From assembly GCF_032444005.1 (NCBI RefSeq), contig NC_091283.1, forward strand, positions 842,208,001 to 842,272,000: 64,000 nt of DNA, written 5' to 3'. How positions within the stretch are numbered: position 1 is the first letter of the stretch; each line of letters begins with the position of its first letter. The stretch comes from Ranitomeya imitator. Its lineage: Eukaryota. Made by a program: the position numbers and the translations under genes. Below, piece after piece: positions 12,767 to 25,260 of this stretch. The notes under the pieces were generated by a model. That model had not been told where the DNA came from, did not search any database, and saw only the letters and a program-made list of their open reading frames with translations.

Positions 12767-15120
12767 GAGGATGATGGCCGTCCAGAGGAGCAACCGATAT
12801 CCAACATCAATGTGTCATCAGTGGGAGGATGATGGCCGTCCAGAGGAGCAACCGATATCCAACATCAATGTGTCATCAGTGGGAGGATGATGGCCGTCCA
12901 GAGGAGCAACCGATATCCACCATCAATGTGTCATCAGTGGGAGGATGATGGCCGTCCACAGAGGAGCAACCGATATCCAACATCAATGTGTCATCAGTGG
13001 GAGGATGATGGCCGTCCAGAGGAGCAACCGATATCCACCATCAATGTGTCACCAGTGGGAGGGATGATGACCGTCCACAGAGGAGCAACCGATATCCACC
13101 ATCAATGTGTCATTAGTGGGAGGATGATGACCGTCCACAGAGGAGCCATCGATATCCAACATCAATGTGTCATCAGTGGGAGGATGATGGCTGTCCACAG
13201 AGGAGCAACCAATATCCACCATCAATGTGTCACCAGTGGGAGGGATGATGGCCATCCACAGAGGAGCCATCGATATCCACCATCAATGTGTCATTAGTGG
13301 GAGGATGATGGCTGTCCACAGAGGAGCAACCAATATCCACCATCAATGTGTCACCAGTGGGAGGGATGATGGCCATCCACAGAGGAGCCATCGATATCCA
13401 CCATCAATGTGTCATTAGTGGGAGGATGATGGCTGTCCACAGAGGAGCAACCAATATCCACAATCAATGTGTCACCAGTGGGAGGGATGATGGCCATGCA
13501 CAGAGGAGCCATCGATATTCACCATCAATGTGTCACCAGTGGGAGGATGATGGCTGTCCAGAGGAGCCATCGATATCCAACATCAATGTGTCATCAGTGG
13601 GAGGATGATGGCTGTCCACAGAGGAGCAACCAATATCCACCATCAATGTGTCACCAGTGGGAGGGATGATGGCCATCCACAGAGGAGCCATCGATATTCA
13701 CCATCAATGTGTCACCAGTGGGAGGATGATGGTTGTCCAGAGGAGCAACCGATATCCAACATCAATGTGTCACCAGTGGGAGGGATGATGGCCGTCCACA
13801 GAGGAGCAACCGATATCCAACATCAATGTGTCATCAGTGTGAGGATGATGGCCGTCCACAGAGGAGCAACTGATATCCACCATCAATGTGTCACCAGTGG
13901 GAGGGATGATGGCCGTCCACAGAGGAGCAACCGATATCCACCATCAATATGTCACCAGTGGGAGGGATGTTGGCCGTCCACAGAGGAGCCATCGATATTC
14001 ACCATCAATGTATCACCAGTGGGAGGATGATGGCTGTCCACAGAGGAGCAACCGATATCCCTCATCAATGTGTCACCAGTGGGAGGATGATGGCCGTCCA
14101 CAGAGGAGCAACCGATATCAAACATCAATGTGTCACCAGTGGGAGGATGATGGCCGTCCAGAGGAGCCATCGATATCCACCATCAATGTGTCACCAGTGG
14201 GAGGGTGATGGCCGTCCAGAGGAGCAACCGATATCCACCATCAATGTGTCACCAGTGGGAGGGATGATGACCGCCAACAGAGGAGCAACCGATATCCACC
14301 ATCAATGTGTCACCAGTGGGAAGGATGATGGCCGTTCAGAGGAGCAACCGATATCCACCATCAATGTGTCACCAGTGGGAGGGATGATGACCGCCAACAG
14401 AGGAGCAAACGATATCCACCATCAATGTGTCACCAGTGGGAGGGATGATGACTGCCAACAGAGGAGCAACCGATATCCACCATCAATGTGTCACCAGTGG
14501 GAAGGATGATGGCCATCCAGAGGAGCAACCGATATCCACCATCAATGTGTCACCAGTGGGAGGGATGATGACCGCCAACAGAGGAGCAACCGATATCCAC
14601 CATCAATGTGTCACCAGTGGGAAGGATGATGGCCGTTCAGAGGAGCAACCGATATCCACCATCAATGTGTCACCAGTGGGAGGGATGATGACCGCCAACA
14701 GAGGAGCAAACGATATCCACCATCAATGTGTCACCAGTGGGAGGGATGATGTCCGCCAACAGAGGAGCAAACGATATCCATCATCAATGTGTCACCAGTG
14801 GGATGGATGATGACCGTCCACAAAGGAGCAACTGATATCCACCATCAATGTGTCATCAGTGGGAAGGATGATGACCGTCCACAGAGGAGCAACTGATATC
14901 CACCATCAATGTGTCACCAGTGGGAGGATGATGGCCGTCCACAGAGGAGCAACCGATATCCACCATCAATGTGTCACCAGTGGGAAGGATGATGACCGTC
15001 CACAGAGGAGCAACTGATATCCACCATCAATGTGTCACCAGTGGGAGGTTGATGGCCGTCCACAGCGAAGCAACTGATATCCATCATCAATGTGTCACCA
15101 GTAGAGAGAGGGATGATGAC
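12767..15120. repeat. 58-61 bp satellite, right part of the split array
   Basis: Same unit as 6076-6926; variants drift towards the right end. Confidence 0.95.
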
Positions 15121-15807
15121 AACTGATACAACTGTCAGCACAAAACCAGTGCAGAGGTGGAGGGGGTATAATGGGGATACTGGCCATGTATAGGGAGCCA
15201 CTCCACACCCAGCATGGCAATATGGCAAAGATGGAAGTAGGGGGGATGGTTTTCCACAAAGAAACAAATGATCTCCCTTCTCCATTCACATGTATGGATG
15301 TACAGGGTTCAGAGATCCGCCGTTGGTCTCGGTCTTTACTCCAGATTTTTGTATTTTATTCATGACCATGAAACTTTCACTGAAAGATCAGTGCAGCCAG
15401 CCTTGTGTGCTGAAATGGCTGATAACAGAGAGCAATGGTAGTATTCCCTTTCTGAGCTCGCATTTCTGCGCTTAGTGTCCCAGTGAAGCCCCGGATGGCG
15501 GCAGTAATGTGGGTCAGGAGCGGAGCGGGATATAATGTGGTGATGACGTCACTGTGTAATTATGATAATAGACGCAGCGTCCTAGGAAAATACCGTCATC
15601 TGCTGCTGACCCCGATCCCACCAGGATGAGTCAATCCGCTGCCACATTGTAGTGTGAGAAGGGAAGAGGGTCCCGGGATCTGCGGCGTCGTACACAATGT
15701 GCCGCCCCGTATCACAGCGCCCGCAGGTCCGGTACTGAGCGCGGACACATGGCAGCAGTGCTGTGCATCCCTATGACTGCGACCAGTGGGGGATGCAGAC
15801 AGAAAAG

Positions 15808-16645
15808 GGCCCCTGTGCAAGAACAGTATATGGGCCCGTATCAGCTCAATAGTGGATGTGGCCCCCTCACCTCTCGGGCCCCTGTGGAAGAACAGTACAT
15901 GGGCCCGTATCAGCTCAATAGTGGATGTAGCCCCCTCACCTCTCGGGCCCCTGTGGAAGAACAGTACATGGGCCCGTATCAGCTCAATAGTGGATGTGGC
16001 CCCCTCACCTCTCGGGCCCCTGTGGAAGAACAGTACATGGGCCCGTATCAGCTCAATAGTGGATGTAGCCCCCTCACCTCTCGGGCCCCTGTGGAAGAAC
16101 AGTACATGGGCCCGTATCAGCTCAATAGTGGATGTGGCCCCCTCACCTCTCGGGCCCCTGTGGAAGAACAGTACATGGGCCCGTATCAGCTCAATAGTGG
16201 ATGTGGCCCCCTCACCTCTCGGGCCCCTGTGGAAGAACAGTACATGGGCCCGTATCAGCTCAATAGTGGATGTGGCCCCCTCACCTCTCGGGCCCCTGTG
16301 CAAGAACAGTATATGGGCCCGTATCAGCTCAATAATGGATGTGGCCCCCTCACCTCTCAGGCCCCTGTGGAAGAACAGTACATGGCCCTGTATCAGCTCA
16401 ATAGTGGATGTGGCCCCCTCACCTCTCGGGCCCCTGTGGAAGAACAGTACATGGGCCCGTATCAGCTCAATAATGGATGTGGCCCCCTCACCTCTCAGGC
16501 CCCTGTGGAAGAACAGTACATGGCCCCGTATCAGCTCAATGGTGGATGTGGCCCCCTCACCTCTCGGGCCCCTGTGGAAGAACAGTACATGGCCCCGTAT
16601 CAGCTCAATAGTGGATGTGGCCCCCTCACCTCTCGGGCCCCTGTG
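15808..16645. repeat. 69-bp minisatellite (gggcccctgtggaagaacagtacatgggcccgtatcagctcaatagtggatgtggccccctcacctctc), ~12 copies
   Basis: gggcccgtat recurs at 15901 and 15970; 23-aa repeated ORFs. Confidence 0.95.
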
Positions 16646-16962
16646 CGGCCACACAGGCTTCACCAATGATCCATCTCTGCCTGTGACCGGCCAGCAATTC
16701 AAGGACGCATCAAGGTCACCAGAGACCCCAGAAGGACGGAGTCCCAACATGCAGGAAATTAGTGAATGGTGCAAGTTGCGTGCTCGCTGCACATCACAAT
16801 CTCCATTTTTGGGGGGCGCATTTTACTAAACTGCTGCACTCCCCGTAGACATCGCTGAATCGGCGTGTGTGACACCGATTCAGCGATGTCTTTGCCGGTA
16901 ACCAGGGTAAACATCGGGTAACTAAGCGCAGGGCCGCGCTTAGTAACCCGATGTTTACCGCT

Positions 16963-17685
16963 GGTACCGTCACACATAGCGACGCTGCAGCGATACCGAC
17001 AACGATCCGGATCGCTGCAGCGTCGCTGTTTGGTCGCTGGAGAGCTGTCACACAGACCGCTCTCCAGCGACCAACGATCCCGAGGTCCCCGGTAACCAGG
17101 GTAAACATCGGGTAACTAAGCACAGGGCCGCGCTTAGTAACCCGATGTTTACCCTGGTTACCATCCTAAAAAGTAAAAAAACAAACGCTACATACTTACC
17201 TTCCGCTGTCTGTCCTCGGCGCTCTGCTTCTCTGGTCTGGCTGTGAGCGCCGGGCAGCCAGAAAGCAGAGCGGTGACGTTACCGCTCTGCTTTCCGGCTG
17301 ACCGACGCTCACAGCCAGAGCAGGAGGAGAGCAGAGCACAGCGCTGAAGGACAGACGGCTGTAGGTAAGTATGTAGTGTTTGTTTTTTTACTTTTAGGAT
17401 GGTAACCAGGGTAAACATCGGGTTACTAAGCGCGGCCCTGCGCTTAGTTACCCGATGTTTACCCTGGTTACCCGCAAAGACATCGCTGAATCGGTGTCAC
17501 ACACGCCGATTCAGCGATGTCTACGGGGAGTCCAGCGACGAAATAAAGTTCTGGACTTTCTTCCCCGACCAGCGATCTCCCAGCAGGGGCCTGATCGCTG
17601 CTGCCTGTCACACTGGGCGATATCGCTAGCGAGGACACTGCAACGTCACGGATCGCTAGCGATATCGTCTAGTGTGACAGTACCT
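16963..17685. mobile_element. Non-autonomous TIR element (PIF/Harbinger-like), internally palindromic, left end rearranged
   Basis: TIR ggtaccgtcacac (16963) / gtgtgacagtacct followed by tta; internal hairpins such as gggtaactaagcgcagggccgcgcttagtaaccc. Confidence 0.65.
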
Positions 17686-17773
17686 TTAAGTGTAAAAAAT
17701 GTCCACAAATCTGCGGTGCGAGCGGGACCCTCAGAGAGGCTTCTGTTCGTATAGGACCCTTCACCTCCAGTAA

Positions 17774-18087
17774 GGCTACGTTCAGACTAGCATTGCGCGC
17801 CGCTGCGTCGGCGACGCAACACACGACGCACACAAAAACGCGGCAAAACGCACGCAAAAACGCTGCGTTTTGCGACGCGTGCGTCGTTTTTTTGCCGAAA
17901 ATCGGACGCAAGAAAAATGCAACTTGCTGCGTTTTCTTGGTCCGACGCTAGCGGCAAAAAAGACGCAACACACAAAAACGCATGCGTCCCCCATGTTAAA
18001 CATAGGGGCGCATGACGCGTGCGTCGCCGCTGCGTCGCCCGACGCTAAGGCGACGCACACTAGCAGAACGCTAGTGTGAACGTAGCC
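17774..18087. mobile_element. PIF/Harbinger-type MITE
   Basis: TIR ggctacgttca...tgaacgtagcc; TAA TSD at 17771-17773 and 18088-18090. Confidence 0.85.
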
Positions 18088-18099
18088 TAATACAGGGAG

Positions 18100-19160
18100 G
18101 ACGGTGCTGGGGGGGACGGACATGACGAGACGTCAGACTGACACTGGATAAGAGACAGCTGACAGCGGAGCGCTGACTGACGGACCGCCACAATGTCGTC
18201 TCATCAGACGTGACCTGGGCGCACCACAAAGCCCAGACACACCGGGATCTGATAGCATCCGGAGCTGAAATTGAAATGCAGCCAAGAACTCAGGATCTAA
18301 TCAGATAGAGCGAATTTACAGACAGACGGATCGATAAATCAGTAGATAGAGAGCAGAGTGAGGACACAACCTCCAGGTCCTCGCAGGCGGCCATGTTCTC
18401 CCACCGATCACCTGTCTTATAGGGGGCTGCAGGATGGGGGGCGCAGAGACAATTACAGGAGAAACGCCGGAAAGTCATCAAAATGTAGATGTCGCAGAGA
18501 AGAAAGACAGGCTGGAGCGAGCCGCCCGCCCCCTCCCCCGGGCGGCGTACGAGAAAGCCGCCATGACAGGGGGTTTGGAGCAGGGAGAAAAGGGGGCGTG
18601 GGGTTCGTTCCTGGAGGAGGGGTACTGCCGGCGAGGGGTATGGTGGGAACAGGGGTAGGAGCGCTTCACTTCCCGCTCTGTGGAATCGAGAGCAGTCCCG
18701 CCCGCCCTCCCCTTTTTTGTTATGATTCAAGGGTGTTTTTGTTTTTCTGTTCGGGTCATAGTGGCTGTAGGCGGGGGGAGGGGTCCTTGGAGTTGGTGCT
18801 AAATTGGCCGGGGGGTCCGTCGGGATACGGATTCTCCAGTTGGTTTAAGTTTTGGTTGCGGGTCTGGTGATCTGGGGGAATCTTGGTAACGGTGGGCCAG
18901 ATTCCTAAGTTGGAAGTGGACAATGGTAACCCTTCGGGGTATTTTGGTGCTCTCGAGCCTGTGGGGTAACGGCTGAGGGTAATCTATCGTTGGTCTCTTG
19001 TCCACTTGTTTATACTTTGGGTGACACCAGATTTTTAGCTTCAAGGACCGCTTCCCAGCTCATTTATGGTTATATGTTTTGTTTGTTATAATAAAGGCCG
19101 CTGTGGCCAATTATATCCAACTTGAGACTCATGTCGTTATTCGGTGGTTGGGCAGGAAAA
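18100..19160 (+). mobile_element. Unclassified interspersed repeat, possibly a DIRS/Ngaro-type terminal-repeat region
   Basis: GC-rich non-coding block ending in aataaaggccgctgtggcc; family assignment from recollected resemblance only. Confidence 0.3.
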
Positions 19161-19340
19161 GGGGTCGGTGATCCCTTGGGGAAGGTAATTAAGCATGATA
19201 GTCGACAATACCAATGTCATGTTCCCACCTCAGCTCTGCTACATCTGTAATCTCACCCAGGTGAGGTCCCCTCCGGTCGGACACTGTCACCTCCAGTATT
19301 TGGTGTCACTATTCCCCATCTCACCATTGATGCCCGGGGC

Positions 19341-22077
19341 AGGAATAATGGGGGGTCTGCACATACGCAGCGCAGGAATAACGAGGGGTCTGCACATACG
19401 CAGCGCAGGAATAACGAGGGGTCTGCACATACGCAGCGCAGGAATAACGAGGGGTCTGCACATACGCAGCGCAGGAATAACGAGGGGTCTGCACATACGC
19501 AGCGCAGGAATAACGAGGGGTCTGCACATACGCAGCGCAGGAATAACGAGGGGTCTGCACATACGCAGCGCAGGAATAACGAGGGGTCTGCACATACGCA
19601 GCGCAGGAATAACGAGGGGTCTGCACATACGCAGCGCAGGAATAATGAGGGGTCTGCACATACGCAGCGCAGGAATAACGAGGGGTCTGCACATACGCAG
19701 CACAGGAATAAGGAGGGGTCTGCACATACGCAGCGCAGGAATAACGAGGGGTCTGCACATACGCAGCGCAGGAATAACGAGGGGTCTGCACATACGCAGC
19801 GCAGGAATAACGAGGGGTCTGCACATACGCAGCGCAGGAATAACGAGGGGTCTGCACATACGCAGCGCAGGAATAACGAGGGGTCTGCACATACGCAGCG
19901 CAGGAATAACGAGGGGTCTGCACATACGCAGCGCAGGAATAACGAGGGGTCTACACATACGCAGCGCAGGAATAACGAGGGGTCTGCACATACGCAGTGC
20001 AGGAATAACGAGGGGTCTGCACATACGCAGCGCAGGAATAAGGAGAGGTCTGCACATACGCAGCGCAGGAATAAGGAGGGGTCTGCACATACGCAGCGCA
20101 GGAATAAGGAGGGGTCTGCACATACGCAGCGCAGGAATAACGAGGGGTCTGCACATACGCAGCGCAGGAATAACGAGGGGTCTGCACATACGCAGCGCAG
20201 GAATAACGAGGGGTCTGCACATACGCAGCGCAGGAATAAGGAGGGGTCTGCACATACGCAGCGCAGGAATAAGGAGGAGTCTGCACATACGCAGCGCAGG
20301 AATAATGAGGGGTCTGCACATACGCAGCGCAGGAATAACGAGGGGTCTGCACATACGCAGCGCAGGAATAAGGAGGGGTCTGCACATACGCAGCGCAGGA
20401 ATAACGAGGGGTCTACACATACGCAGCGCAGGAATAACGAGGGGTCTGCACATACGCAGCGCAGGAATAATGAGGGGTCTGCACATACGCAGCGCAGGAA
20501 TAATGAGGGGTCTGCACATACGCAGCGCAGGAATAACGAGGGGTCTGCACATACGCAGCGCAGGAATAATGAGGGGTCTGCACATACGCAGCGCAGGAAT
20601 AACGAGGGGTCTGCACATACGCAGCGCAGGAATAATGAGGGGTCTGCACATACGCAGCGCAGGAATAATGAGGGGTCTGCACATACGCAGCGCAGGAATA
20701 ACGAGGGGTCTGCACATACGCAGCGCAGGAATAACGAGGGGTCTGCACATACGCAGCGCAGGAATAAGGAGAGGTCTGCACATACGCAGCGCAGGAATAA
20801 GGAGGGGTCTGCACATACGCAGCGCAGGAATAAGGAGGGGTCTGCACATACGCAGCGCAGGAATAACGAGGGGTCTGCACATACGCAGCGCAGGAATAAC
20901 GGGTCTGCACATACGCAGCGCAGGAATAACGAGGGGTCTGCACATACGCAGCGCAGGAATAAGGAGGGGTCTGCACATACGCAGCGCAGGAATAAGGAGG
21001 GGTCTGCACATACGCAGCGCAGGAATAACGAGGGGTCTGCACATACGCAGCGCAGGTATAACGAGGGATCTGCACATACGCAGCGCAGGAATAACGAGGG
21101 GTCTGCACATACGCAGCGCAGGAATAACGAGGGGTCTACACATACGCAGCGCAGGAATAACGAGGGGTCTGCACATACGCAGCGCAGGAATAATGAGGGG
21201 TCTGCACATACGCAGCGCAGGAATAATGAGGGGTCTGCACATACGCAGCGCAGGAATAACGAGGGGTCTGCACATACGCAGTGCAGGAATAACGAGGGGT
21301 CTGCACATACGCAGCGCAGGAATAACGAGGGGTCTGCACATACGCAGCGCAGGAATAACGAGCGGTCTGCACATACGCAGCGCAGAAATAAGGAGGGGTC
21401 TGCACATACGCAGCGCAGGAATAAGGAGGGGTCTGCACATACGCAGCGCAGGAATAACGAGGGGTCTGCACATACGCAGCACAGGAATAACGAGGGGTCT
21501 GCACATACGCAGCGCAGGAATAACGAGGGGTCTGCACATACGCAGCGCAGGAATAACGAGGGGTCTACACATACGCAGCGCAGGAATAAGGAGGGGTCTG
21601 CACATACGCAGCGCAGGAATAACGAGGGGTCTGCACATACGCAGCGCAGGAAAAAGGAGGGGTCTGCACATACGCAGCGCAGGAATAAGGAGGGGTCTGC
21701 ACATACGCAGCGCAGGAATAAGGAGGGGTCTGCACATACGCAGCGCAGGAATAATGAGGGGTCTGCACATACGCAGCGCAGGAATAACGAGGGGTCTGCA
21801 CATACGCAGCGCAGGAATAACGAGGGGTCTGCACATACGCAGCGCAGGAATAACGAGGGGTCTACACATACGCAGCGCAGGAATAATGAGGGGTCTGCAC
21901 ATACGCAGTGCAGGAATAACGAGGGGTCTGCACATACGCAGCGCAGGAATAAGGAGGGGTCTGCACATACGCAGCGCAGGAATAAGGAGGGGTCTGCACA
22001 TACGCAGCGCAGGAATAAGGAGGGGTCTGCACATACGCAGCGCAGGAATAACGAGGGGTCTGCACATACGCAGCGCC
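19341..22077. repeat. 33-bp minisatellite gggtctgcacatacgcagcgcaggaataacgag (~83 copies)
   Basis: Direct periodicity; 11-aa repeat ORFs on both strands. Confidence 0.97.
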
Positions 22078-22259
22078 TGACGAGTAGTTGTGATGACGGG
22101 TTCGTTTTCCGTTGTGTTCGCACATTGATGCTGCGCTTTGTGGTAATTTAATGGCGACGTGTGAACACGACCGTAAGGCGGATCTGTCACCACGTGAGAC
22201 GTGTTCAGGGTTCGCTCTTATTTCGGTCCTGAGTCGTCTGTTGGGTTTTGCTCTATTAA

Positions 22260-22557
22260 CCCATTACTTGCCAATTTAGCAATTTTCATTTTTATTTTTT
22301 TATGACAGATTTTTAATGATTTGGGTCCTAATGAATCAGAAACATAATTTGCAAAATTTTTACAAGTACGGATTTTTCAGAAAAGGGCGTCCCAATATTC
22401 AATTAAAAATGACAATGACATGATTTCCTATTTTGAAAACATTCATTTTACAGACACAACACAAAAAAATTGGGCCTAATTATAAAAATTAAAAAATCTT
22501 AGTTGCTAGTAGCTAAAGATTAGGCATCCCAAAAAAAGGACATTGGTAGATAATGGG
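22260..22557. mobile_element. piggyBac-type (TTAA) MITE
   Basis: TTAA at 22256-22259 and 22558-22561; ends cccatta...taatggg; AT-rich interior. Confidence 0.65.
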
Positions 22558-22827
22558 TTAATCCGCCATGCGGGTCCAGAGATATGACACAGCGCGTGTC
22601 GCTGCGTCTCAGCCGAACCACGCAGTGTTTCTAATTGCAATAAGCTTTTGCATAACTTTCAAGCTGGATCCTCCGTGAATTTCGTGCTTCAGGGCCCCGG
22701 GAGCCGGTTACTTTTCTTTTTTTGCCTATGTATTTAGTGTTAATATTTATGATCTAATCATGTGGTGTAACCTAAAGACACGCCCCAGAGGATCCTGTAA
22801 GCCACGCCCCCTTAATAAGAACTTGAA

Positions 22828-23133
22828 TGAGTTGGGTGGGAACTGGATCTCGTTTCCTCCTTTTGCTCAGTATTGGGGGGCTGGTTGGGCACTGGTTCTG
22901 GTATCCCCCTATACTCAGTATTGGGGGGCTGGTTGGGCACTGGTTCTGGTTTCCCCCTTTTGCTCAGTATTGGGGGGCAGGTTGGGCACTGGTTCTGGTA
23001 TCCCCCTTTGCTCAGTATTGGGGGCTGGTTGGGCACTGGTTCTGGTTTCCCCCTATTGCTCAGTATTGGGGGCTGGTTGGGCACTGGTTCTGGTATCCCC
23101 CTTTGCTCAGTATTGGGGGCTGGGTGGGCACTG
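22828..23133. repeat. ~48-50 bp G-rich satellite (ctttgctcagtattggggggctggttgggcactggttctggtttcccc), left part
   Basis: Direct periodicity; resumes at 30136. Confidence 0.93.
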
Positions 23134-23947
23134 TGTTGTGAATTCTGTGGTCAAGCTCCCTCCTGTGGTCGTGAGTGGTACTTCGGCTGGTTCTGTCTGT
23201 GAGCTTCCTCTGGTGGATGTGAGTGGGGCTGCGGCTTCTGAGTTTCCTTCCTCAGGTGACGAGGTTAAGTCGTTAGGTGCTGCTCTATTTAACTCCACCT
23301 AGTTCTTTGTTCCTGGCCTCCAGTCAATGTTCCAGTATTGGTCTTGCTTTCTCCTGGATCGTTCTTGTGGCCTGTCTGCCTGCATAAGCTAAGTTTTGCT
23401 TGTGTTACTTTTGGTTGCTATATTTTCTGTCCAGCTTGCTATATTGGTTTTTCTTGCTTGCTGGAAGCTCTGAGACGCAGAGGGAGCACCTCCGTACCGT
23501 TAGTCGGTGCGGAGGGTCTTTTTGCCCCTCTGCGTGGTTGTTTGTAGGTTTTTGTGCTGACCGCAAAGCTATCTTTCCTATCCTCGGTCTGTTCAGTAAG
23601 TCGGGCCTCACTTTGCTAAATCTATTTAATCTCTGTGTTTGTATTTTCATCTTAACTCACAGTCATTATATGTGGGGGGCTGCCTTTTCCTTTGGGGAAT
23701 TTCTCTGAGGCAAGGTAGGCTTATTTTTCTATCTTCAGGGCTAGCTAGTTTCTCAGGCTGTGCCGAGTTGCATAGGGAGCGTTAGGCGCAATCCACGGCT
23801 ACCTCTAGTGTGGTATGATAGGATTAGGGATTGCAGTCAGCAGAGTTCCCACGTCCCAGAGCTCGTCCTATGTTAGTAACTATCAGGTCACTTTGTGTGC
23901 TCTTAACCACTAGGTCCATTGTGGTTCTGAATCACCTGTTCATAACA
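23134..23947 (+). repeat. 5' LTR of gypsy copy 2 (814 bp)
   Basis: tgttgtgaa...ttcataaca; TATTTAA at 23286-23292. Confidence 0.95.
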
Positions 23948-25260
23948 GTACTGGAGGCCCAAAGTACTAATGCTTCTCAATAGAGGGAAAAGAGAAGTTC
24001 TGAGACCATTTTTTTTTCTCTGCACTGTGTTTTGTTTTTCTTTTCCCCTAGACATTTGGGTGGTTCAGGACACAGGTGTAGTGATGGACATTAAAGGTCT
24101 GTCTTCTTGTGTGGATCATCTCACTGCAAGAGTACAAAATATTCAAGACTTTGTGGTTCAGAATTCTATGTTAGAGCCAAGAATTCCTATTCCTGATTTG
24201 TTTTCTGGAGATAGAGCTAAGTTTCTGAGTTTTAAGAATAATTGTAAACTGTTTCTGGCTTTGAAACCCCGCTCCTCTGGTGACCCAGTTCAACAAGTTA
24301 AGATCATTATTTCTTTTTTGCGTGGCGACCCTCAAGACTGGGCATTTTCCCTTGCGCCAGGAGATCCTGCATTATGTAATATTGATGCGTTTTTTCTGGC
24401 GCTCGGATTGCTTTATCATGAACCTAATTCAGTGGATCAGGCAGAGAAAAATTTGCTGGCTCTGTCTCAGGGTCAGGATGAGGTAGAGATATATTGTCAG
24501 AAGTTTAGGAAGTGGTCTGTGCTCACTCAATGGAATGAATGTGCGCTGGCAGCAATTTTCAGAAAAGGTCTCTCTGAAGCCCTTAAGGAAGTCATGGTGG
24601 GATTTCCTATGCCTGCTGGTCTGAATGAGTCTATGTCTTTGGCCATTCAGATCGATCGACGCTTGCGTGAGCGTAAAGCTGTGCACCACTTGGCAGTATT
24701 ATCTGAGCATGGACCTGAGCCTATGCAATGTGATAGGACTTTGACCAGAGCTGAACGGCAAGAACACAGACGTCGGAATGGGCTGTGTTTTTACTGTGGT
24801 GATTCCACTCATGCTATCTCCGATTGTCCTAAGCGCACTAAGCGTTTCGCTAGGTCTGCCACCATTGGTACGGTACAGTCGAAATTTCTTTTGTCCGTTA
24901 CCTTGATCTGCTGTTTGTCATCGTATTCTGTCATGGCATTTGTGGATTCAGGCGCTGCCCTGGATTTGATGGACTTGGAGTATGCTAGGCGCTGTGGGTT
25001 TTTCTTGGAGCCCTTGCAGTGTCCTATTCCATTGAGAGGAATTGATGCTACGCCTTTGGCCAAGAATAAGCCTCAGTACTGGACCCAGCTGACCATGTGC
25101 GTGGCTCCTGCGCATCAGGAGGATATTCGCTTTCTGGTGTTGCATAATCTGCATGATGTGGTCATGTTGGGGTTGCCATGGCTACAAGTCCATAACCCAG
25201 TATTGGATTGGAAATCAATGTCTGTGTCCAGCTGGGGTTGTCAGGGGGTACATGGTAATG

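Noticed and set aside
15596-16829. 300-400 aa ORFs with 23-aa repeats
   Set aside because: 69-bp minisatellite open in several frames on both strands; no supporting splice signals or domains
19195-22193. 950+ aa ORFs on both strands (GLHIRSAGITR, RCVCADPSLFL repeats)
   Set aside because: The 33-bp unit is a multiple of 3 and lacks stops; there is no splice or domain context, so these are satellite artefacts
23948-23965. tRNA-type PBS for the sushi-like element (contains TGG)
   Set aside because: I could not match it to a tRNA 3' end I know, whereas it matches the element's own LTR exactly; a database search is still needed
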